Of a DNA stretch of 42,072 nucleotides, positions 11,114-23,684 are shown piece by piece; the first letter of the stretch is position 1, and each line of letters opens with the position of its first letter. The notes beneath the pieces are model-generated. The model made no database searches. It saw only the letters and a list, made by a program, of their open reading frames with translations, and had not been told where the DNA came from. The DNA comes from Octopus bimaculoides (taxonomy: Eukaryota): NCBI RefSeq assembly GCF_001194135.2, contig NC_068982.1:92078866-92120937 (forward strand), written 5' to 3'. Made by a program: the position numbers and the translations under genes.

Positions 11114-11430
11114 ATTTTTCATCTTTGATCTCATTGTTCTTATTTACATCTAGCATTTCAGATATGAAGGTTTTTATTTTCCGCACTGGCTACCTGGTAA
11201 AATCATTATTGATTTTACCCTTTATTATTATTAAAATAATATTTGAATATATTCACTCTATGATCAAAACGGTATTTACTGCGGTCTTAGATCTGTACAA
11301 ACACATGGGTATAAAAGTGAGATATGAATTAAACGCGGCAGTATATTTTGCGAGTATGGATGGATGTAGGACACTTGATGTCGCATGATCAGGTGCATAT
11401 TTTCTAAATACTCATGAATTTATGCTCTAA

Positions 11431-11497
11431 GGAGTACCCTACTGATGAGACAGTAAATCAAATCATTTTTACTTTCAGTTTGAAACATGTCTACTGT
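11431..11497 (+). ncRNA. Second, more degenerate hammerhead-like motif (minimal palindromic helix III)
   Basis: CUGAUGA (11442-11448), an imperfect helix II containing AGUAAA/UUUACU, and GAAACAUGUC (11482-11491) with the palindrome ACAUGU. Helix I has only 2 bp. Confidence 0.4.
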
Positions 11498-11898
11498 TAA
11501 CCAAGTTTTGATTCATTGTCTTTCTTTTACTTGCCTACAATATGTGTGTTATTCTTGGAGATTTTAAGGTAGTAAAAAAAGGCTTTAACCTCTATTTTTA
11601 GTGGCGCGTGATGATGCTTTAAGCTGACCCCTTGTTATAAATTACGTATATAATTATAAAATAATTTATTTATATATACATATATATATATATCCATACA
11701 TATATATATCCATATATGTATATGTATATATATAAATATATATATATATANNNNNNNNNNNNNNNNNNNNNNNNNNNNNNNNNNNNNNNNNNNNNNNNNN
11801 NNNNNNNNNNNNNNNNNNNNNNNNNNNNNNNNNNNNNNNNNNNNNNNNNNTATATATATATCTATATATATATATATATATCCATACACACACACACA

Positions 11899-13622
11899 CA
11901 TCATCATCATCATTATTTAACGTCCACGTTCCATACTGGCATGGGTTGGACGGTTTGACTGGGGTCTGGAAAGCCAGGAGGCTGCACCAGACTCCAGTCT
12001 GATCTGCCAATGTTTCTACAGCTGGATGCCCTTCCTAATGCCAACCACTCCGAGAGTGTAGTGGGTGCTTTTTACCGGGGCCAGAGGGAACTGACATCAA
12101 CCACAATCAGAACGTGCTTTTTACATGCCACCCGCACCGGAGCCAGTCAAGGCGGTGCTGGTATCGGCTACATTCAGATGGTGCTTTTTACATGCCACCA
12201 GAATGGGAACCGGGGACCACAACTACAATTGCCATTTGATTGGGATTTGATTTCATTTGATGTTGATGTACTTGACTCAATAGGTCTCCTCAAGCTTGGT
12301 ATGTTGCCCTACCATCCGAGAGTGCTTTTGACTTGGCTGGTTATGCGAAACCGGTGTAGGTTACAGCTGTGATCTCACTTTATTTGCAGGGTCTTCTCAG
12401 TCACAGCATATCTCCAAAGGTCTCTGTCTTTTATCATTTCCTCTATGAGGCCCAACGTTCGAAGGTCATGCTTCACCACCTCACCCCATGTCTTCCTGGG
12501 TCTCCCTCTACTCCGGATTCCTTCCACTGTTTGGGAGTAGCACTTCTTCACACAACTGTCCTCATCCATCCGTAGTACCAACGCAAACGTCTCTCTTGCA
12601 TGCCACATCCAATACTTCTTATGTCCAGCATTTCTCTCAGGGCACTTACACTCTGTCGAGTGTGCACACTGACATTACACATCCAGTGTATCGTGCTAGC
12701 TTCATTTCTTTCGAGCCTGCGCATGTCTTCAGCAGTTACGGACCATGTTTCACTGCTATGAAGCATGACAGTTCGCACGCACGCATCATACAATCTACCT
12801 TTCACTTTGAGCGAGAGGCCATTTGTCACCAGTAGGGGTAGAAGCTGTCTGAACTTTGCCCAGACAGTTCTTATTCTAGTGGTAATGCTCTCTGAGCATC
12901 CACCCCTCCCACTACTGACTTGGTCCCCTAGGTAGTGGAAGCTATCAACTACTTCTAGTTTCTCCCCCTGGCATATGAAGGAATCTATTTTCTGAGCATC
13001 TGTGGTGTTTATCGCCCCTGTGCTGCACAAGAAAGTTATCTTCCCAGTTAATCTTCCTTTGATGTTGCTTCACCTCTTATGTATCCATAGCTTACACTGG
13101 GTACATCTTATGAAGTTTCTACCTAAACTTTCTCTACAGGTAGAACAGGACCACCTACCTACCTGAAGGGGTGTGTGATGTGTTCACCTTCCTACTTACT
13201 AGAACTTTGGTCTTTGTGACATTGACTCTAAGGCCCTTCGACTCTAAACCTTGCTTCCACACCTGGAATTTCTTCACTAGTTCTGGTAGTGATTCTGCTA
13301 TGAGGACTAGGTCATCATCATAGAGGAGCTCCCAAGGGCAACCTGTCTTAAATTCCTGTTATTGCCTGGAGGACTATGATGAATAAGAGAGGGCTGAGGG
13401 CTAATCCTTGGTGGACCCCTACTACTACCCGGAATTCTTCACTATACTCATTGCCAACCCTAACCTTACTAACGACATCTCTTTATAGGACCTGTACAGC
13501 CCTTATTAACCATTCGTCAATCCCCAGTTTCTACATCGCCCACCACATAATGGATCAGGGGACCCTGTGAAAGGCTTTCTCTAGGTCCACAAAAGCCAAG
13601 TATAGGGGTATATCTTTGGATA
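11899..13622 (-). mobile_element. 5'-truncated RTE LINE (RT domain, Cys-rich segment, C-terminus, 3' UTR, (GAT)n tail)
   Basis: The minus strand reads KDIPLYLAFVDLEKAF..., then LEVVDSFHYLGDQ...GRLYDACVRTVMLHSSETW... and GRPRKTWGEVVKHDL. A (CAT)n tail is at 11899. Confidence 0.92.
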
Positions 13623-14059
13623 AAATTTTCACATATATTTCATTTTATATATCTAAATCTATGAACTATATTTAAAATACAGGACAATATAATGAATTTT
13701 ATACATAATTATTATGGATTACTACAGAAGACTTACAAAGGAGACATATATGGATTTCAAAATTCTAATACTAAAGTGTACTTACCAAAATCAAAAACAA
13801 TAATTTTTAATTTATATTTCAAACAAACGCCATTTTTCCATATCACTTCATATTTTTAAGAAACTACCATTCAATAAATTATACAAATTTCACATTTTAT
13901 ATCTCTGAGGAGCAGAAGTGTAGTCTATAAATGCTTATCAATACAGGATTCCATTAAAGGGATAACTCTTCTGCGAAACAATCGTAAGATGCTTTAAAAA
14001 CTTAATTCGAAACTTTTAAACTGTCATATTTATTATTATATATTCATACTTATACATAT

Positions 14060-15955
14060 TTACCATGCCTGGGAAAAGCACCACTGATGCTATATTTCTG
14101 GTAAGATAGCTTCAGGAAATACCTAGCCAAGGATAAACCTCTGTACCTGGCTTTCGTTAATATGGAGAAAGCCTTTGACAGGATCCCCCAATCCCTCAAC
14201 TGGTGGTCAATGAGGAAACTAGGGATAGAAGGATGGTTAGTGAGAGCTGTGTGAGCCATGTACAGAGACACTGCCAGTAAGGTGAGGGTTGGCAATGAGT
14301 ACAGTGAAGAATTCTGGGTAGAGGTAGTGGTCCACCAAGATTCTGTCCTCAGCCCCCTCCTATTTATCATAGTCCGCCAGGCTATAACAGAGGAATTCAA
14401 GACAGGATGCCCTTGGGAGCTCCTCTATGCTGATGACCTTGCACTAATTGCTGAGTCACTATCAGAACTAGAGGAGAAGTTTCCGGTGTGGAAGCAAGGA
14501 CTAGAATCGAAGGGCCTTAAAGCCAACCTAGCTAAAACCAAAGTCCTAATAAGTAGGAAGGTAGAAAAAACACAAACCCCTTCAGGTAGATGGCCCTGCT
14601 CGATCTGCAGAAAAGGCGTAGGTAGAAACTCTATAAGATGTACCTAGTGTAAGCTATGGACACATAAGAGGTGCAGCAATATCAAAGGAAGGTTAACTAG
14701 GAAGTTAGTTTTTGTNNNNNNNNNNNNNNNNNNNNNNNNNNNNNNNNNNNNNNNNNNNNNNNNNNNNNNNNNNNNNNNNNNNNNNNNNNNNNNNNNNNNN
14801 NNNNNNNNNNNNNNNNNNNNNNNNNNNNNNNNNNNNNNNNNNNNNNNNNNNNNNNNNNNNNNNNNNNNNNNNNNNNNNNNNNNNNNNNNNNNNNNNNNNN
14901 NNNNNNNNNNNNNNNNNNNNNNNNNNNNNNNNNNNNNNNNNNNNNNNNNNNNNNNNNNNNNNNNNNNNNNNNNNNNNNNNNNNNNNNNNNNNNNNNNNNN
15001 NNNNNNNNNNNNNNNNNNNNNNNNNNNNNNNNNNNNNNNNNNNNNNNNNNNNNNNNNNNNNNNNNNNNNNNNNNNNNNNNNNNNNNNNNNNNNNNNNNNN
15101 NNNNNNNNNNNNNNNNNNNNNNNNNNNNNNNNNNNNNNNNNNNNNNNNNNNNNNNNNNNNNNNNNNNNNNNNNNNNNNNNNNNNNNNNNNNNNNNNNNNN
15201 NNNNNNNNNNNNNNNNNNNNNNNNNNNNNNNNNNNNNNNNNNNNNNNNNNNNNNNNNNNNNNNNNNNNNNNNNNNNNNNNNNNNNNNNNNNNNNNNNNNN
15301 NNNNNNNNNNNNNNNNNNNNNNNNNNNNNNNNNNNNNNNNNNNNNNNNNNNNNNNNNNNNNNNNNNNNNNNNNNNNNNNNNNNNNNNNNNNNNNNNNNNN
15401 NNNNNNNNNNNNNNNNNNNNNNNNNNNNNNNNNNNNNNNNNNNNNNNNNNNNAGGCAATGACTAGTGACCGAGGCCTTTGGAAATATGCTGTGCATGAGA
15501 AGACCCGGCAAGCCAAGTGAGACCTAAATCCAAGGCCTCTGCCAGAGGTGTAGCCAGCCCACTTATGCGTACCTTTCCTTCATTGGACACTAAACTCTGC
15601 TTGCAAAGACCTGTTGAGGCAAGTGAAATCAAAATCGAACTAAATTCGACGACTGGCACCCATGCCAACATCGTCTCCTTCATTGGATGTGAAACTCTGC
15701 TTGTGAAGACCTGTTGGGGCAGGTAGCACGTAAAATACACCATTTTGAGCATGGTCGTTGCCAGTACCGCCTGACTGGCCTTCGTGCTGGTGGCACATAA
15801 AAGCACCCATTACACTCCCAGAGTGGTTGGCGTTAGGAAGGGTATCCAGCTGTAGAAACTCTGCCTGGTGTAGCCATCTGGTTCACCAGTCCTCAGTCAA
15901 ATCGTCCAACCCATGCTAGCATGGAAAGCGGACGTTAAATGATGATGATGATGAT
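14060..15955 (+). mobile_element. 5'-truncated RTE LINE spanning an N-gap
   Basis: Reads MPGKSTTDAIFL...PLYLAFVNMEKAFDRIP...QDSVLSPLLF...LLYADDLAL...WPCSICRKGVGRNSIRC, with stops. The 3' UTR and (GAT)n tail follow the gap at 14716-15452. Confidence 0.92.
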
Positions 15956-16629
15956 ATATATACATATACATATATATATATATGACATATACATATATTC
16001 ATATACATATATACACACACACACATATATATAAATATACATTTGCTTATTGAGAGAGACAGAAGATATGAAAATGTTTATTAACCACTGCAATTGTTTT
16101 GACCAATCTAGCATCAATCCCTCATGGGTGGGATACTTAACAACTGGTTTAGGTGTATCCATTAGTGTAGATTTGTCTCTTCAGCTAATTACAAGATATA
16201 TTTCATTAAAACAAACGACTGCTCCACAATTTATATTTATCAATTAGAATTTTATTGTTGATATTTTTTGCAGTTGTCAGTTTACATATTTTTCATATAT
16301 CTTTCATATATATTTTACATATATTTCATGAAGTTTTTCTGTATTTACATTTGTTGCAACAAATGCTTTTCAGTTTAAACCTAGGTCAGGCCAGAATGAG
16401 CCATTCTATATTTTTATTGATGTAGGACAACATTGTTTAATGTGTGCTTCATTTTTAAAATGTTAGAGCATAGTGTGAGAGAGATTTTGCTGTTATTTCT
16501 AGCAAATTAAACAACCACACAGAGATTACTTCATTGGCTCATTTGCTGATGTGTATATAAGTAAACAAAAACTAAAGGAAATGGATCTTCATCTGTTTCT
16601 AGGATGATCATTCCAGTTGTATGATCAAC

Positions 16630-16730
16630 TCAACTGGTTACACATTCAACTGGTACTTATTTTATCAACCCTCAAAGGATGAAAGGCAAAGTCAACATAG
16701 GTGGAATTTGAACTCAGAGTGTAAAGCATT
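16630..16730 (-). mobile_element. tRNA-derived SINE fragment
   Basis: ctggtacttattttatcaaccctcaaaggatgaaaggcaaagtcaac...ggaatttgaactcag contains a reverse-strand B box. Related to 19256-19450. Confidence 0.7.
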
Positions 16731-18907
16731 TTTCCCAGGTGGGGATGGGGTGGAGGTGGACATTAGAGGGATGTTAAGAAGAGAAGCGGCAAGTGGGATG
16801 GGAACATTTGAGAGGAGTTGAGGTGAGTTTAGCTAACTGCAGGGAACAGAAGCTATATAGTAGCAGTAGAAAAGACAGAGAATGTCTCATCATCAGAGGA
16901 TGGAGAACATCTGTGAGTGACTTAGTAATTAAATTGTCTCATGGCCAAAGCATTGGGAGTAAATTGGTTAAATAGAAACTGTACAATTAATTTAAAGAGC
17001 CAACCTAGTCTCACACCAAATGTGTAACCAATAAGGGGAGAATGAAGAAACCTGTGACCCACAGCTCCCTGTCAATAGAATTATTCATCTGATATTTAGT
17101 AGGTTGCAAAAGTAAATAAGAAGTTTTTAGGGAAGTTAACTAAGTGTAAGAATTGAAGTGAAATTTTTGAAGTTACATCTGTCAGTAAATTATGAAATTA
17201 CTTTCATCAGTAATTGTGAACTTCTTTCTGTCAGTAATTTGTCATTGTTGCTTGTAAATAGCAATTGAACTTAAAGTGAAAACAATAGCATCTGAAAAAT
17301 GAAAGTGTGAACAACAGAGAGTGAGTGAGATATATATATAGAGAGAGAGAGAAAGAGAGCTAGTTAGACAGACAATTAAAATATAGATAGACAGATACAG
17401 AGATATAGAGATAGATAGATAGAGAGATAGAGAGATATATTGATATAGAAAGATAGATAGATTTGTGTGTTAGTGCAATATGTCCTGTGTATATAAGCCA
17501 GCAGTAACTTGCTGTTTACTGTACTAAAACCGAAAGTATTATCGGGTCTCTTGTAGGACGCTTAAGTTGTTTCTTTTACATTTGATCTAGTAACAGAAAT
17601 CCTTTAAAGAAACACAAAAATGTAGTTCGTAATAATTTAAATGTTTCTTTATTTACGTGTAGTTGTTATGTCACTGACACTAGAAAACTGGAAGTAAATA
17701 TTTTTTTAAACTTTCAAAGACATGAATGTAATATACAAAGCAATATTTTTTATTTTTAATAAAAAAAAAAAAAATCAAATGAAGAGCCTAACATATGTCC
17801 GAGGTCAAATTATTCATACATCACAAGTATAGAAGCAATTGGTGAAGCTGTTTTCATGTGAAAAGCAAATGCACACACGCGTCTCTATTTTATATATTAG
17901 ATCAATAATAAATAACAAGTGCAGAAAGAAACAAATATGCAATACAGCAAAANNNNNNNNNNNNNNNNNNNNNNNNNNNNNNNNNNNNNNNNNNNNNNNN
18001 NNNNNNNNNNNNNNNNNNNNNNNNNNNNNNNNNNNNNNNNNNNNNNNNNNNNNNNNNNNNNNNNNNNNNNNNNNNNNNNNNNNNNNNNNNNNNNNNNNNN
18101 NNNNNNNNNNNNNNNNNNNNNNNNNNNNNNNNNNNNNNNNNNNNNNNNNNNNNNNNNNNNNNNNNNNNNNNNNNNNNNNNNNNNNNNNNNNNNNNNNNNN
18201 NNNNNNNNNNNNNNNNNNNNNNNNNNNNNNNNNNNNNNNNNNNNNNNNNNNNNNNNNNNNNNNNNNNNNNNNNNNNNNNNNNNNNNNNNNNNNNNNNNNN
18301 NNNNNNNNNNNNNNNNNNNNNNNNNNNNNNNNNNNNNNNNNNNNNNNNNNNNNNNNNNNNNNNNNNNNNNNNNNNNNNNNNNNNNNNNNNNNNNNNNNNN
18401 NNNNNNNNNNNNNNNNNNNNNNNNNNNNNNNNNNNNNNNNNNNNNNNNNNNNNNNNNNNNNNNNNNNNNNNNNNNNNNNNNNNNNNNNNNNNNNNNNNNN
18501 NNNNNNNNNNNNNNNNNNNNNNNNNNNNNNNNNNNNNNNNNNNNNNNNNNNNNNNNNNNNNNNNNNNNNNNNNNNNNNNNNNNNNNNNNNNNNNNNNNNN
18601 NNNNNNNNNNNNNNNNNNNNNNNNNNNNNNNNNNNNNNNNNNNNNNNNNNNNNNNNNNNNNNNNNNNNNNNNNNNNNNNNNNNNNNNNNNNNNNNNNNNN
18701 NNNNNNNNNNNNNNNNNNNNNNNNNNNNNNNNNNNNNNNNNNNNNNNNNNNNNNNNNNNNNNNNNNNNNNNNNNNNNNNNNNNNNNNNNNNNNNNNNNNN
18801 NNNNNNNNNNNNNNNNNNNNNNNNNNNNNNNNNNNNNNNNNNNNNNNNNNNNNNNNNNNNNNNNNNNNNNNNNNNNNNNNNNNNNNNNNNNNNNNNNNNN
18901 NNNNNNN

Positions 18908-18941
<34 letters not shown>

Positions 18942-18971
18942 CATATGTATATATATATATGTATGTATGTA

Positions 18972-19012
<41 letters not shown>

Positions 19013-19029
19013 TTTTGTTTTCTTTTTTG

Positions 19030-19210
19030 TACTTATTTCAGTCATTTGATTGTGACCATGCTAGAGCACCATCTTTAGTCAAGCAAATTGACCCCCAGGA
19101 CTTATTCTTTGTTAACCTAATACTTATTCTATGGGTCTCTTATGCCAAACTGCTAGGTTACAGGGACATTAACACACCAGCATCGGTTGTCAAGTGATGT
19201 TGTGGGGACA

Positions 19211-19254
<44 letters not shown>

Positions 19255-19614
19255 AGGCGAGCTGGCAGAATCGTTAGCACGCCAGGCAAAATGCTCAGCG
19301 GTATTTAGTCTGCCATTACGTTCTGAGTTCAAATTCCTTTTGGGGGGGGGTCGATTAAATAAATACCAGTTACACACTGGGGTCGATGTAATTGACTTAA
19401 TCCCTTTGTTTTTCCTCTCTGTGTTTAGTCCCCTGTGGGCAATAAAGAAATATATATGACAGGCTTCTGTCAGTTTCCATCTACCAAATCTACTCACAAG
19501 GCTTTGGTCAGCCCGAGGCTATAGTAGAAGACACTTGCCCCAAAGTGCCATGCAATGGGACTGAACCCAGAACCATGCGGTTGGTAAGCAAACTACTTAC
19601 CACACAGCTGCTCC
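19030..19614 (-). mobile_element. Nin-like-domain tRNA SINE (same family as 34805-35220) interrupted by a nested SINE
   Basis: Head at 19455-19614 and tail at 19030-19215 are reverse complements of the head and tail of the 34.8-kb copy. The central (CA)n/(TA)n tract holds an opposite-strand SINE. Confidence 0.8.
19256..19450 (+). mobile_element. tRNA-derived SINE nested in the previous SINE
   Basis: ggcgagctggcagaatcgttagc (A box) ... gagttcaaattcc (B box) ... tail ending aataaagaaat. Confidence 0.75.
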
Positions 19615-19892
19615 TACACCTATATATNNNNNNNNNNNNNNNNNNNNNNNNNNNNNNNNNNNNNNNNNNNNNNNNNNNNNNNNNNNNNNNNNNNNNNNNN
19701 NNNNNNNNNNNNNNNNNNNNNNNNNNNNNNNNNNNNNNNNNNNNNNNNNNNNNNNNNNNNNNNNNNNNNNNNNNNNNNNNNNNNNNNNNNNNNNNNNNNN
19801 NNNNNNNNNNNNNNNNNNNNNNNNNNNNNNNNNNNNNNTATATATATATATATCATTATCATCCTCAAACATCTGTTGTCCAAACTGGCACA

Positions 19893-19930
<38 letters not shown>

Positions 19931-19960
19931 GTATGTATGTATGTATATATATATATATTT

Positions 19961-20505
19961 ACTACAGAGGACTGAAGCTAGTACAGTGTGCAATGTCAGT
20001 GTACATGTATAGCAGGGCATGAATGTTTTGCACAAAAAGTTGGGTGTAAGACAAATTTGATGCAGTGTGAAAGAGAGAAAACTGTGCTGGTTTGGTCATG
20101 TGATGTATATGGATGTAGACAGTTGTATACAGAAGTGCCAGTCACTTAAAGTGGATGGCACTTGTGGAAGAGGGTGACCCAGGTAGACAAGGGATGAAGC
20201 ATTGAAAGCCGATCTCAAGACACTGAGCCTCTTGAAGGAGATGACTAAGGGCCAAGTTAACTGGCCCATTGCTGTATTCAAGAAGACCTGTCCACCACAG
20301 CTGAACTGATACCAGACTGGTGCCATATTAAAAGCACCCAGTACACTCTGTGGAGTGGTTGGCATTAGGAAGGGCATCCAGGCAAAGAAATCCTGCCTGA
20401 ACAGGCAATGGAGCTTGGTGCAGCCCCTGGCTTTACCAGCTCCGTTCAAGCCATCCAACCCATGCCAACATGGAACACAGATATTAAATGATGATGATGA
20501 TGATA
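19961..20505 (+). mobile_element. RTE LINE 3' fragment with (GAT)n tail
   Basis: Degraded ...RKLCWFGHVM.MDVDSCIQKCQSLKVDGTCGRG..., followed by the shared 3' UTR and tail. Confidence 0.85.
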
Positions 20506-20543
20506 GCATATAAATTTGTTGACATTACATTCTTCTCTTAAAG

Positions 20544-20637
20544 GTGATTGATGCTACTTTACAAGTTCAAACGGAGTCTTTTCAAACTGACACAATGGTT
20601 GGATGTGAGAATATGGAAAATAATACAACTACATCAG
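20544..20637 (+). CDS. Probable IAP exon 3 (BIR-UBA linker)
   Basis: Acceptor ttcttctcttaaag|. The open 94-nt exon reads VIDATLQVQTESFQTDTMVGCENMENNTTTS and ends at donor G|gtacc. Its phases (0 in, 1 out) bridge exon 2 (phase 0) and the UBA exon (phase 1). Confidence 0.6.
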
Positions 20638-20780
20638 GTACCTCAGCTTCAGATAAGATAAATTATTTGCTATTTATAAGGAAAAGTATGTTGTTCGCAA
20701 TCATTTTGATACAATTCTCACATTTAAGAAAATGTTATTCTTAAAAACTACAGAAAATCTATCCTTGACAAAATAAGGAC

Positions 20781-20821
<41 letters not shown>

Positions 20822-20831
20822 NNNNNNNNNN

Positions 20832-20873
<42 letters not shown>

Positions 20874-22102
20874 AATATGAATTTAGGTTGAAGGCTTTTA
20901 ATATTAATTGATTAAATTTGTTGGAACAAATGAGTCTTGAATTCTGTTGATAACTCTGGTTTTTTTATAATGAAAGAATCTGGACAATAAAAAAAAGTTT
21001 AAGAAACTAGAAGCTCTAATAATTACTAGACAGCATCATTGAAGTATTAACAAGATCTTATCAAAATATCTTTTATAATAATGATTAGGGTTAGGAGAGG
21101 AAATGTCCCTATATTTTTCTACTAATATGGGAGTTACATTTAACAGAGATGCATCAACAGCCCAGTTTGCAAAATATTTTCCCTCGGCTGTGCAACGGTC
21201 AACTTCCAGTTGACACTGAGAGTAGAAATGCTGCAATATCACAAAATTGTGAAAAAATCATCAACATATTTCAAGAAATTAAAAGCAATTGAATGTTTAA
21301 GTTAGCCATTCACAAAATTATAGAAAACTTGAGTAACTTTCTGTATGTGCCATCAAAGCTCCCAAAAATGATATTGTGTAAGATACATTGGCTAATAGTG
21401 ATAAAGATGTTTAATTATTTTCAGGTGATTTATATGTAATCAAGTTCACTGAATTTGCAAAAAGTTATTGATTTTTTTTTATACCATCACATGACAGTTT
21501 TTCTCAAATGAGAAAGAATATTCAGTACTATTACATCATTTCATAAAGTACAGTATGTATATTAACTACATTTTCCATGATTGATTCATTTTTCTTTTTC
21601 ACTGGCATATATGTTTATCTGTTAATATTCTTTAATAATAGAGTATGCCAAGCAGATCTTGTAAAAATAATAAAGATATGTTTCATTATATATGTGATAA
21701 GGTGCAAACATAGACCTTTAAAACCGACAAAATATATCACCATTTGTAAAACAAGTGCATCAATGGTACTTCAGAGTCAAACTTAGTGATCAAGATTTAT
21801 CATTGGCCAATTCATAAAGTTAGTATTTTATTGAGTCACTTAGGTTATGAAGCCAAGAAGAGTAAAACATAAATCTATGCAATTTCCATTTTTAAGCCTT
21901 TTAAAAACCAGGCCATATATCTGCCTTGAGAAAACAATTAGATACTGCACCAGTGTATATTTTCTGGGAAATAATGATGCTGTATGAACACAAACAGAAA
22001 GATAAAATTTGCACAAGGAAATAGTCAAAGGTCACTGTTAATTAAAAAATAAGATTTTGAATATTTTCAGAAAACTTTTAATAATTTCCTTTTATACTTT
22101 AG

Positions 22103-22234
22103 GTTTTCCCAAACTGAAAACTAATAAACCTAAAGCATCATCTATGGAAACACCTGCAGTTCGTGATATTTTATCTATGGGCGATAAATGGAATTTTGTC
22201 AAAAGAATCATGAAAAAGAAAATCAAAGAAACAA
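22103..22234 (+). CDS. Duplicate copy of the UBA exon (alternative or pseudo-exon)
   Basis: tttag| FPKLKTNKPKASSMETPAVRDILSMGDKWNFVKRIMKKKIKET |gttaag. It is open and phase 1-1, but has a weak donor and MGD in place of MGY/MGF. Confidence 0.6.
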
Positions 22235-22432
22235 GTTAAGAATACTTTTCAATTTTTTAAAATGTAATAATGTTTTGTTATACAAAACTAAACTCCCATA
22301 GTCAATATTGTGCAAGATACACTGGGCAAACAGTGACAAATAAGTTTAATTATTTTCAGATGATTTATTTGTAATCTTCACTGAATTTGAAAAAAGTTAC
22401 TGATTCTTTTTTTTCTTACCATCATATCACAG

Positions 22433-22549
22433 CTTTCCACAAACCTAAAGTATCATATATGGAAACACCTACAGTTCTGGCTGTTTTATCTATGGGCTAT
22501 AAACGAAATTTAGTCAAAAGAATTGTGAAAAACAAAATCAAAGAAACAG
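22433..22549 (+). CDS. IAP exon 4: UBA domain helices 1-2
   Basis: atcacag| AFHKPKVSYMETPTVLAVLSMGYKRNLVKRIVKNKIKET G|gtaaga, phase 1-1. It resembles the cIAP UBA pattern M.TP.V..al.MGF.r.lVk..v..ki..tG. Confidence 0.8.
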
Positions 22550-23545
22550 GTAAGAATAATTTTCGATTTTTTAAAATGTAATAATTTTTTGTTACACAAA
22601 ACTAAACTATCCAGTTTTTGTACAAAATTCATCATTTTAATCATTGCTGTATTGACATATGTTTGTTCAATACAGTATACACAAGACAGCAAATCACAGT
22701 GTTTTAATTCATTTTTGCCCTTTATCATATCGTCTTTGAAGTATAAATTTATATGATTACATCAGATAATTTTGGTTAAATTCTTCCTTTACCCACCTCT
22801 GCTCTTAGGTCTCCCAAGATCCTTAAATTATATAAATTTTTCCCAAGCTATTTTGCCAGATGCAGTTTCATCACCTTTTGGAGATTGTAGCTTCTTCAGA
22901 CCCCCTACCACGTAGTTTATTCTAATCTACCAAAATGAGTTTTCTTCTTAATATTTCATTGAAAAATCTAGCATTTGCCTTTTAGTAGAAGATTCATTCA
23001 GTTGCTTATATACAAGAATTCAATGCCAGTATTGTAAACCATCAAACTATTCGTCAGTTTTTGAATTATCTGGTGTCTTTTCATCAAAATGTTCAAGGTA
23101 GAGTACATATAAAATTTCAGTTACTTGAGAAGCATCATGTTAAAAAATACTAACATGCATACATTTAATTGTCAGAACTAGAGCTCAACTAGCAGTTGCT
23201 TTTCATGATTGGGATTCTATCTTGTTAGTTTGATTTGAATTAAAAATATGAGATGCTATGAAATGAGATTGATAACTTCTGATAACTACTCTAGTGATGA
23301 AATCACTAAATCATTCTTTCCTCCAACAAAATTTCCTTTCTTAAAAATCCATCAATTTATGCATTTCTTAATTCAAAGTACAGACAAAAGCCTAACACAG
23401 AAGGAGTATTATTATGAAGGCAATGGATAAATATCAATATAATTGAATGCTAGATTATAATTACCCAAATATTTTACACAAAACCTAATGTATTTGTACA
23501 TGTGTTTTTTATTCTTTTTTTTTTGTTGACATTTTTGTTTTTAAG

Positions 23546-23684
23546 GGTCGTCTTTTTCACAAGCATCAGATTTACTTGACAAAATCCAAAATGATTCTCA
23601 TGTTGATGATGATGGTATTGAGAAAATAAGTAATGAAGAGAAGCCTGATCAAACAACAAAAAGACGACACTGAAATGTCTGCTA
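23546..23684 (+). CDS. IAP exon 5: UBA helix 3 plus acidic linker, frameshifted with a stop at 23671-23673
   Basis: tttttaag| (G)SSFSQASDLLDKIQNDSHVDDDGIEKISNEEKPDQTTKRRH*. The shifted frame continues DDTEMSA to A|gtaaga, which matches the intact paralogous exon at 29567-29710. Confidence 0.7.

Noticed and set aside
17480-17700. TATATAA and GGAAGT promoter-like motifs
   Set aside because: Short motifs expected by chance in AT-rich intronic DNA next to microsatellites, with no linked exon.
9696-20012. Long ORFs containing X runs and YI/CV/TH repeats
   Set aside because: Artefacts of N-gaps and dinucleotide microsatellites.
22985-23098. Open AG...GT segment (EDSFSCLYTRIQCQYC...)
   Set aside because: No IAP-like content. 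Exon 4 joins directly to 23546 to complete the UBA.
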